Positions 9,704 to 16,825 of a stretch of DNA of 63,344 nucleotides are shown here, piece by piece. The notes beneath the pieces were generated by a model. It saw nothing but the letters and a program-made list of their open reading frames with translations, made no database searches and had not been told where the DNA came from. How positions within the stretch are numbered: the first letter of the stretch is position 1; each line of letters begins with the position of its first letter. A program made the translations under genes and the position numbers. Source of the stretch: a virus (lineage: Duplodnaviria; Caudoviricetes); IMG/VR virus record IMGVR_UViG_3300032328_000227, positions 1-63,344 of that record; one strand, given 5' to 3'.

Positions 9704-9908
9704 TCTTTTTACCTACTTTTTTAAGCCAGTTTTGTACTGTCTTAGTTTCGTAAATGCGGATTACTGTCCACAAGATTGACAAGGCTGCTGCTATTGATGG
9801 TAGTATCTGCAGTAAGGACCCGAAGGCAACACCAATTGAAGTCCAGTCAATTACGCTTTTAGTATGCTCGTTGACCGAATCCAGTTTTTCTAAGAGTTCT
9901 TTAATCAT
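9696..9908 (-). CDS. Small membrane protein (holin-like)
   Basis: Hydrophobic segment(s) followed by a basic C-terminus. Confidence 0.5.
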   Translation of the reverse strand: MIKELLEKLDSVNEHTKSVIDWTSIGVAFGSLLQILPSIAAALSILWTVIRIYETKTVQNWLKKVGKKNA

Positions 9909-10205
9909 TTAACACTTCCATCTTTTTAGTGAAGCTGCTTTGCGGGTAGGACGACCTTTTTCATCCTTCATTGGGCCTGGCATACCTGACATACGAGCGC
10001 AGAACGACTTCTTACGTGGTCCACCTTCTGGTTGTGGTGCCTTTAGGTTAGACCCTGTTGCTGCATTGTATTTTGCTCTACCTTTGGCTGTAAGTCCAGC
10101 ACCTTCTTTAGTAGGTAGTTTTTCACCACGACCCACTGCAAGAGTAGGTCCACCCTTTTTCATAGGTTTTGCTGCCTTAGCTGGTTTAGTTTCTTTAGCC
10201 ATCAT
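9909..10205 (-). CDS. Small basic protein (DUF6321-like)
   Basis: GLTAKGR...NLKAP...RKKSFCARM.GM...SLKRWKC motif; family call from memory. Confidence 0.6.
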   Translation of the reverse strand: MMAKETKPAKAAKPMKKGGPTLAVGRGEKLPTKEGAGLTAKGRAKYNAATGSNLKAPQPEGGPRKKSFCARMSGMPGPMKDEKGRPTRKAASLKRWKC

Positions 10206-10472
10206 TTAGCAATCTTTTGCGTCAACGAAGTCTTTGGTTTTTAGTGCCAAGTACACGGCTTTTCGAGTAGCATCTTTGATGTATTCATCGCCTGTAAATG
10301 TTAAGTTATTCCATGCGACTGGATTGTGATTCTCATCACGCACTTCTTTGCTAATGTAACCATTGATAACTACTTCAAGTGATTTATTTTTGAAATCTTC
10401 GCTAATGGAAAAGATGTTCCAATAAGTTGCATCAATGCCAAATGTTGTGTTTACTGCTTTTAATAGTGCCAT
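10206..10472 (-). CDS. Putative fibre chaperone, paralog B
   Basis: Paralog of 2403..2669; follows a fibre-like gene. Confidence 0.6.
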   Translation of the reverse strand: MALLKAVNTTFGIDATYWNIFSISEDFKNKSLEVVINGYISKEVRDENHNPVAWNNLTFTGDEYIKDATRKAVYLALKTKDFVDAKDC

Positions 10473-10484
10473 TTTGTTTTCCTT

Positions 10485-11420
10485 TTAACCACATCGCCAA
10501 TTAGTGCCATCATAAAATACTGGTGTTGCAAATCCACTGCCTTCACCATCTGTAACAATTGCGTTAAATACTGGTGTTAATAAATTGTCTGTTACAAAAG
10601 CCCTTGTACCTACTGGTTTGCTAGTTAAATTACCAACACCCAATGTCGTTTGGCTAGTAAATGAAGGAAGCGTAAGGGCGGCAGATAGCGTAACGCTTGC
10701 ATTAAAAGTTGTAGGGCTATAAACAACTACAGCGCTGCTTTCGTTTTCATTTCCAATTTCAACATTAGTAACTCCAGTATCTGCGCCTGTACCTATATTA
10801 GTTACTGCTGATGCCGTGCCAGATACAATTGTTCCTATATTAACTGTTTTAAAATATCCAGAACCACTTGTAATATTTCCTATATTAACTATTTGTTGCG
10901 ATGTGCTTCTTCCCAAACTAATCGTACCTGTTGCACTTGTTGTGCCACCAATGATAATTGCACCAGTTGTTTGACCAGAACCAATAGAAGTTGATTGCGT
11001 TGTTGCTGATGTTTGAAATGCACCATTAACTGTTGTAGTGCTTGTTCCTGTTGTAGAACCAATAGCAATATTAGTTGTTGATGTTGCATTACCTGCATTA
11101 CCAATGTTAATTGCTTTTGTTGTAGATGCCGCAGTTGTTCCTGTAGCAATATTGACTGTTTGTGCTGCTGTGCTTTGCCCTACTGTCAATGTAGCGGTAT
11201 CTGTTGTGCCACCTATGATTACTGCGCCTGTTAATGATGGTGCATCACTTAATACAACACTACCTGTGCCTGTGACTGCTTTCTCGCCTACTGTTCCAGC
11301 ATTGTCATATAGCACATTACCTGAAGTACCGCCAGTAATAGGAGTTGTATTTATTGTTACGTCTCCACCAGATGATGAAGCGTATGGATTGGCTACTTTT
11401 TGATTTACGGTTGTTGTCAT
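10485..11420 (-). CDS. Fibre-like structural protein (head or tail fibre)
   Basis: T/G-rich VNIG/INIG repeats; C-terminal G.RAFVTD...PVFYDGTNW domain. Confidence 0.65.
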   Translation of the reverse strand: MTTTVNQKVANPYASSSGGDVTINTTPITGGTSGNVLYDNAGTVGEKAVTGTGSVVLSDAPSLTGAVIIGGTTDTATLTVGQSTAAQTVNIATGTTAASTTKAINIGNAGNATSTTNIAIGSTTGTSTTTVNGAFQTSATTQSTSIGSGQTTGAIIIGGTTSATGTISLGRSTSQQIVNIGNITSGSGYFKTVNIGTIVSGTASAVTNIGTGADTGVTNVEIGNENESSAVVVYSPTTFNASVTLSAALTLPSFTSQTTLGVGNLTSKPVGTRAFVTDNLLTPVFNAIVTDGEGSGFATPVFYDGTNWRCG

Positions 11421-11421
11421 A

Positions 11422-11745
11422 TTATAGCCCCATGAATAGACTTACTGTAGCGCCAGTGCCTGAGATTGAAGATACTCTACCACGAACATATGTCCAATTA
11501 GCACTTGATACAAAGCCATCAGTAGTTGTTGTAGTACCTAGCGTTAATGAAATTGTACCCATTGTAATCCAGTTTGCATTGTCATTGCTGACCTCAACTA
11601 CAACTGCAGTGGCACCTGTGCTAGTGGATGTTCGTCCTGAAGCTTGGAATGTTTTGTTATCTACGGGAATGCGTAATGCTTGGACGTTTTGAGGCGTTCC
11701 TGTGACTGTAGTAGTCGCATTGTCTATTAATACCATTGTTGACAT
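11422..11745 (-). CDS. Structural protein, beta-rich
   Basis: VEVSND..NW...YVR motif; AGGAG RBS. Confidence 0.55.
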   Translation of the reverse strand: MSTMVLIDNATTTVTGTPQNVQALRIPVDNKTFQASGRTSTSTGATAVVVEVSNDNANWITMGTISLTLGTTTTTDGFVSSANWTYVRGRVSSISGTGATVSLFMGL

Positions 11746-11763
11746 AATTAATCTCCTTAGTTT

Positions 11764-11787
11764 TAAGAAGGGGCCGTAGCCCCGTTC
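11764..11787 (-). terminator. Weak hairpin / possible terminator
   Basis: GGGGC-TACG-GCCCC followed by TTCTT on the minus strand. Confidence 0.4.
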
Positions 11788-11794
11788 AGATTAA

Positions 11795-12286
11795 TTAAGC
11801 TGTGAACGCTGTTGGTTGGAATGTACCGTCAGAGTTGCGAACAGTGTAGGTACATGTAACTGTTGCCGCACCACCAGAAGCTGTACCAGCACAAGCATAA
11901 GTAGCTTGAATTAACACATCAGTAGTACCTACGTTTACATAAGTACCAATACTTGCACCAGTAATAGTGAATGTTGCACGGCCAACAGATAAAGGTGTAG
12001 TTGTTGCTCCACCAACAGTACCTAATGTAGTACCAGTAGAAGTTGCAAGAGTAATTGTATTACCTGTAGTACCTGCGTAAGCAGTAGTAATATCAACAGT
12101 AAAATCTAAAATTTGTGAGCCTGCTGGAAGTACAAATAAAGTAGTAGCTGAAGTATTAGAAACAGTTGTTACGCCAGTTTGAGTTACGGTTGTAGCGCCT
12201 GTATTTCTGATTGTACCAGCAGTAGTACCTGTGGTATTCTTAACTGTGCCCAATAACCATGGGCCTAAATGAGTAGCGATAGCCAT
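11795..12286 (-). CDS. Capsid decoration / minor structural protein
   Basis: T-rich beta-sandwich-like ORF downstream of the major capsid gene. Confidence 0.6.
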   Translation of the reverse strand: MAIATHLGPWLLGTVKNTTGTTAGTIRNTGATTVTQTGVTTVSNTSATTLFVLPAGSQILDFTVDITTAYAGTTGNTITLATSTGTTLGTVGGATTTPLSVGRATFTITGASIGTYVNVGTTDVLIQATYACAGTASGGAATVTCTYTVRNSDGTFQPTAFTA

Positions 12287-12290
12287 TATA

Positions 12291-12367
12291 AATTCCTTTA
12301 TGCAAAAGTTTTCTTACCATCTTTGCATCGTCTGCTGGGGCAGTTGGTAAGAATAATAAATCCCAGA
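12291..12367 (-). ncRNA. Candidate structured 5' leader with kissing-loop topology
   Basis: Pairings CTGGG/CCCAG, TTCTTACCA/TGGTAAGAA and ATGCAAA/TTTGCAT, abutting the SD. Confidence 0.5.
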
Positions 12368-12418
12368 TAACTGAATCATACACATATTATATAATTACGC
12401 AAGTATTTTGGAGAGTTT

Positions 12419-12784
12419 ATGCCTTATAAAGACCCTGCTAAAAAGAAAGAAAAGCAGAAAGAATATGCAAAAAAATATTATGAGGCCAATAAAGATAAGA
12501 TAATAGCCGCGTCAGGTAAGGCAAGGAAGTCTAAAAGGGCTGAATTTGCGGCGTTTAAGTCCCGTTTATCATGTACCCAATGCGGTGAAAATCACCCCGC
12601 CACTTTAGATTTTCATCATGTAATACCCAATCCAGCCAACAAAAAAATTACTGAACTTATCCGTGCAGGGCGTTTTAATTTTGCAATGGAAGAAATTATG
12701 GCTAAGTGTGTAGTGTTATGCAGTAATTGCCACCGTAAACACCACTACCACGAGGATAAAAAGAAAAGGGGCCTAAGCCCCTAG
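12419..12784 (+). CDS. HNH endonuclease, antisense to the structural arm
   Basis: CTQC...LDFHH...CSNCH motifs. Confidence 0.85.
   Translation: MPYKDPAKKKEKQKEYAKKYYEANKDKIIAASGKARKSKRAEFAAFKSRLSCTQCGENHPATLDFHHVIPNPANKKITELIRAGRFNFAMEEIMAKCVVLCSNCHRKHHYHEDKKKRGLSP
12758..12782 (-). terminator. Intrinsic terminator of pqqA
   Basis: AGGGGC-TTAG-GCCCCT followed by TTTCTTTTT on the minus strand. Confidence 0.75.
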
Positions 12785-12786
12785 TA

Positions 12787-12858
12787 CTACTTGTTCATTA
12801 CGTACATAGTAACTTCAAAGCCAAAACGCATTTCAGTAGCAGCTGGTTTAGTCCACAT
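12787..12858 (-). CDS. pqqA: Pyrroloquinoline quinone precursor peptide PqqA (23 aa, not in ORF track)
   Basis: MWTKPAATEMRFGFEVTMYVMNK with the diagnostic W..P...R.GFEVTMY (E-x3-Y) motif; AGGAG RBS. Confidence 0.95.
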   Translation of the reverse strand: MWTKPAATEMRFGFEVTMYVMNK

Positions 12859-12945
12859 AGTAATTCTCCTAAAATTTATACACGTCATTGTGTATACGTA
12901 TACATTCTGCTCTTTTCTATACACATCGCAATACGTAAAACCATT

Positions 12946-12970
12946 AAAAAAGGCCCACCGAAGTGAGCCT
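12946..12970 (-). terminator. Intrinsic terminator after the major capsid gene
   Basis: AGGCTCAC-TTCG-GTGGGCCT-TTTTT. Confidence 0.85.
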
Positions 12971-12988
12971 CTCTATTACCAAGCCTAA

Positions 12989-13897
12989 TTAAGCGCCTGG
13001 AGAACCATACATACCTAGTGGGTCTGAGAAACCAAAGCTGTAACGTTCACGAGATTTGTAACGGACATTACCAGTATCAAAGTCACCATCCATTGAGTTT
13101 TGCAATGGAGTACGTACAAAGTGTTTCATACCGTTAGGAACATCAGTAGTCAAGAACCAAGCGTTGTTGTCTGTCAAGAAGTGGTTAATTGTGTAACCTT
13201 CTGGAATAGAACCGTTGTTTTCAAGAGCGTTGATGTCGTTATCAGTTGTACCTACGCGAAGCTTAGTTTCCAACAAACGTGTTGCAACGAATTGCAATGC
13301 TGGTGGAACGATAAGTTTCTTAGGTTTAGCTGCAATCAATAGGTCACGTTCATCAGTCCAAGCTGCGATTTGAATCACTGCATTTTCCAATGAAGTTTCG
13401 TTCAAGTCAGCTGCAACTGCTGGACGGTTACTGTTTGTACCACCTGCAACTAACGGGTGAGCAGTAGAGAATAGTGAAACACCGTCGCCACCAGGGAAAG
13501 CGCTGTTGAAGCCGTTGTTTAATACTGCAGCTGCTTTAACTTGTTTTGTGTACGCCATAGCACGAGCCAATGCTTTAGTATAACGAGCAGACAATGAGTC
13601 ATACAAGTTATCTTCAATAGCTTCTTCAGTTAAGCTGAAGCCATAAGCAATAGTTTCGTGGTTGTAGCGAGCAGTCCATGCTTCTTGTGCATTGTCATAA
13701 GCGATGGCTTGGCCTTCGTTTTTAACTGGTGCAGCTGAGAAGCCAGACAATTTTGTTTCTTCTTCGAAAGAACGCTCTGAAGTCTCTGTATCGTAGATTT
13801 CATTGTGTTCTTCACCATATCGTGCATACTCCAAACCGAACAAAGCGTTCAAGCCTGGGAGTAACTCTTTTAATAATTGTGCGCGTGAAATAGCCAT
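12989..13897 (-). CDS. Major capsid protein
   Basis: 302 aa; MAISRAQLLKELLPGL N-terminus; PKKLIVPP.L and RERYSFG motifs; followed by a strong terminator. Confidence 0.85.
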   Translation of the reverse strand: MAISRAQLLKELLPGLNALFGLEYARYGEEHNEIYDTETSERSFEEETKLSGFSAAPVKNEGQAIAYDNAQEAWTARYNHETIAYGFSLTEEAIEDNLYDSLSARYTKALARAMAYTKQVKAAAVLNNGFNSAFPGGDGVSLFSTAHPLVAGGTNSNRPAVAADLNETSLENAVIQIAAWTDERDLLIAAKPKKLIVPPALQFVATRLLETKLRVGTTDNDINALENNGSIPEGYTINHFLTDNNAWFLTTDVPNGMKHFVRTPLQNSMDGDFDTGNVRYKSRERYSFGFSDPLGMYGSPGA

Positions 13898-13910
13898 TTA
13901 TAAATCTCCC

Positions 13911-14744
13911 TTAAGCGCCAGTGGCGGAATAGTAACCATGTAAAGCTTGGTTAAACTTAACCAAAACTTCAGGATACTGAGTAAAAATTACAGTCGAGGT
14001 GTACGGAGCAGTGCCTATTGTGAATGAAGCAGCTTGGTTAAGCACAACAGAAGTTGCGCCTGCGGAGGCTGCGGTATCAACAAAAGAACCTGTCTGTGCG
14101 ATTTGACCATTTGCGGTCAACACAGAAACGTCTGTACCAACTGGTAATGCAAAAGGCAAAGCACTGACGGTTAGAGTAGTTGTACCCGCACTCCAAGTAG
14201 CTGAACCTAAACTAACAGCTGTATCAGGCGAAACACCAACTACACGCAAAGGTAGCGTTGTGGTTACTGGTGTGTCAGAAGGTGCCAAAATAGCATTTGC
14301 TGAATTACCAGTGCTTGTGCTACCAGTGTTATTGATTGCTGATACGTTGCAACCAATCATTGCTAATGCGCCAGAGGCAATAGTAGTGCCAGAAGAACAA
14401 ACAACCGCTTCAAACACTGTATCTGGGTCATCACATACATAAGCTTGACAGTCACCAGCAGCAGTGCTAGCAGGCCAATATTGGCTAAACTGTTTCTGCT
14501 TGGTAACAGGATTGGTGAAAGTACAGCCTAAGAAAATACCTACAGTCTGGTTCAAAGTTGAACCAGTAGTTACTGAGGCGCGTGTTATGTTACCACGAGA
14601 TAAAACAACAAAATCGCCATAAAAAATATCGGTTGAATAAGCGTACTGGATTGGGTACATGCGGGTGGAACCTGCAAATACCTGACCTCCAATTAGATTT
14701 ATGGGTTTTAGCCCATAAGGTGCTGCTACGACAGGATATGCCAT
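13911..14744 (-). CDS. Capsid-associated protein (cement/decoration-like)
   Basis: PYGLKP...IFYGD...DDPD..F motifs; directly upstream of the capsid gene. Confidence 0.6.
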   Translation of the reverse strand: MAYPVVAAPYGLKPINLIGGQVFAGSTRMYPIQYAYSTDIFYGDFVVLSRGNITRASVTTGSTLNQTVGIFLGCTFTNPVTKQKQFSQYWPASTAAGDCQAYVCDDPDTVFEAVVCSSGTTIASGALAMIGCNVSAINNTGSTSTGNSANAILAPSDTPVTTTLPLRVVGVSPDTAVSLGSATWSAGTTTLTVSALPFALPVGTDVSVLTANGQIAQTGSFVDTAASAGATSVVLNQAASFTIGTAPYTSTVIFTQYPEVLVKFNQALHGYYSATGA

Positions 14745-14764
14745 AAAAATACTCCTTAATTAAA

Positions 14765-15217
14765 TTAATTACCTTTGCCAAAGCTAGTGCTCGATTTCCG
14801 TTCTTGGAAGATTGGCATACGAGGGTCACTTTGACGCATGATGTTATTATCTACAGACTCGGTTTGGGATTTTGATAGATTGTCGAAATGTGCATTCCGT
14901 TGTTCTACAAATTCTTTTGGAGTCTTACATAGTAATAACCCCCCAACTTCAATGTTATCTTTAAACCGACTATTAGGGTCGGCTAACATTGCTAGTTGTG
15001 GTTGTTCTTCACTCTTTACTGCTTCCCAACCTTCTCTGAGCTTGGCAGATAAATTACGGGGGTCAGCACTATTTAAAGTTGAAACACGAATCCAGCGATA
15101 AGCATATCCTTCTTGTCTATCGGGTTCTGGCAATAATTCTGGTTGTTGCCACTGTTTTGGACGCTCAGTTACTGCTCGAGTGTCGAGTTCACGAGTTAAT
15201 TTATTTATTTCAGCCAT
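14765..15217 (-). CDS. Head-module hypothetical protein
   Basis: YRWIR...REGWE.V...GGLLLCK motif; between scaffold and capsid genes. Confidence 0.6.
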   Translation of the reverse strand: MAEINKLTRELDTRAVTERPKQWQQPELLPEPDRQEGYAYRWIRVSTLNSADPRNLSAKLREGWEAVKSEEQPQLAMLADPNSRFKDNIEVGGLLLCKTPKEFVEQRNAHFDNLSKSQTESVDNNIMRQSDPRMPIFQERKSSTSFGKGN

Positions 15218-15218
15218 T

Positions 15219-16169
15219 TTATTTCTCCAATTTTAATACTGCTTGAGCATATTGTTCAGGGGTTAATCCAAGTTTTTTTGCTAACTGGACTTGACTTGTA
15301 CGTAGCTTAATCTTGTTAGATGAAGTACTACGAGTTGCCGGAGCTACTACATTACTCGGTTTTGTGGGAGCACGTTCACTCTTTTCCTGCGGAGGTTCAT
15401 ATTCGCCGAAATAGTCATCAAATCGTTTGCGCATTGTTTTGTCCAATGTGCTGTAATATTCGTCTGAGCCAACGACAACGCCGTTACGTTTAAGCTTTTC
15501 ATGTAAGCCTAATGCAGCAGCAGTCATCTCCTCGTCTTGACCAAACCAAGGGTTATTTTCTTGCCAATTTGAGGCTCGAGAGTCAGGACGATTTACAGGA
15601 GCCTGTTGGATTGGCTCTTGATATTGAGTTTGTACACCCTTTTCTCCTTCTTGTAAAGGGGGTAACTTAAAATTTTGTACTTGAGCAATTCGAATGTTTG
15701 CTTTTTGCATTGCTTGCTGTGCTTCAATTACAGCATCTGTATCGCCTGTATCATATGCGTCTTTGTATGCTCGCTTAGCGGCTGCTAACTCATAATTAGC
15801 GGCAATTTCCATTGCGGATTTATACTCAGACTCACCAGTATGAAGCATTTGTTTATAACGTCTGTTTTCTTCTACTACACGTTGAGCTAGATTAATAGCC
15901 TCTTGTTGCTCACGGTATGCAGATTCTTTAGCTCGGCGCTCATCATGCCAAACTTTGCGCATTTGTTTAAGCTTTTGTTTTACGTTATCATCGTATTGCT
16001 CTAGGTCATCTTTGTCTAATTCCTCAACAAGTTCTTTTGGCATAGGCTGACGATTGCGGTCTTCTGCAGGGGTATCATCTTCTATTTCAATCTCAAACTT
16101 ATCCTTACTAGTTTTTACTTCAGGCTGCTCATCGGGGAACGTATATTCTTCTTTCTCAAATTCAGGCAT
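15219..16169 (-). CDS. Capsid scaffolding protein (start likely ATG 16169)
   Basis: Acidic coiled coil; W...NPWF; C-terminal AKKLGLTPEQYA; AGGAG RBS before 16169. Confidence 0.7.
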   Translation of the reverse strand: MPEFEKEEYTFPDEQPEVKTSKDKFEIEIEDDTPAEDRNRQPMPKELVEELDKDDLEQYDDNVKQKLKQMRKVWHDERRAKESAYREQQEAINLAQRVVEENRRYKQMLHTGESEYKSAMEIAANYELAAAKRAYKDAYDTGDTDAVIEAQQAMQKANIRIAQVQNFKLPPLQEGEKGVQTQYQEPIQQAPVNRPDSRASNWQENNPWFGQDEEMTAAALGLHEKLKRNGVVVGSDEYYSTLDKTMRKRFDDYFGEYEPPQEKSERAPTKPSNVVAPATRSTSSNKIKLRTSQVQLAKKLGLTPEQYAQAVLKLEK

Positions 16170-16179
16170 CTTGTACTCC

Positions 16180-16638
16180 TTATTTGCGAATAATACCGCG
16201 TGGCTCATCAACTACAGCCTCGACAGTATCATCATTAATTAAACGGAACTCACGACCGTGAATTACCAATCTACTACCAGAGTGCGGACGCACTAAGATA
16301 AAGTCACCTTCTTTACACCATGGACCGCTAGGAAATCGTTTTTCATCCTTATAGCAATCAGGGCCTAACGCAACTACAAATAAAACCGTAGTCATGGTTT
16401 CTTCCATCTTAAGTGTCTCATCAGCTTTAACCAACCCACTGTCATACTCTTTTTCCTTTTCAGGAATTGCGCAAAGAATATGGTATCCGGAAGGTCTTGG
16501 TAATTGGGCTGCTTTCTCTACATCGGTTGCATCCCCTACGATTGCTCGTATTTCTGCTTCCTCTTGTGCTTCTTTTTTAGCTGTTTCTGCCAGCTTTGAT
16601 AAATCTAGTGCTTGTGCTAAATTTATATTAGTCATCAA
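16180..16638 (-). CDS. GroES-like co-chaperonin
   Basis: P.GY.IL...SGL...VVALGP...GD..L...G.EFRLIND..V.AVV, the Cpn10 pattern. Confidence 0.8.
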   Translation of the reverse strand: MMTNINLAQALDLSKLAETAKKEAQEEAEIRAIVGDATDVEKAAQLPRPSGYHILCAIPEKEKEYDSGLVKADETLKMEETMTTVLFVVALGPDCYKDEKRFPSGPWCKEGDFILVRPHSGSRLVIHGREFRLINDDTVEAVVDEPRGIIRK

Positions 16639-16825
16639 AATCTTCTTCCTGTTTTTGTTTGAGGTCTGTAATTATTAAACATGCGGCTTCAAGTCCTCGT
16701 AACTGACCACATATATACCGATATTCCTCTATTGTTGGACAATTACCACGTATTAATGCCTCTGAAAGCATATCCATGCGACTTTTGTACTCGCTAAGAA
16801 GAACATCAAATATTTTATACTCCAT
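16628..16825 (-). CDS. Small helical protein downstream of portal
   Basis: EYR..CG..RGL motif; coupled to the portal gene. Confidence 0.7.
   Translation of the reverse strand: MEYKIFDVLLSEYKSRMDMLSEALIRGNCPTIEEYRYICGQLRGLEAACLIITDLKQKQEEDFDD

Noticed and set aside
16180-16638. Stand-alone GroES as a novelty
   Set aside because: Phage co-chaperonins that use host GroEL for capsid folding are well known (e.g. T4 gp31).
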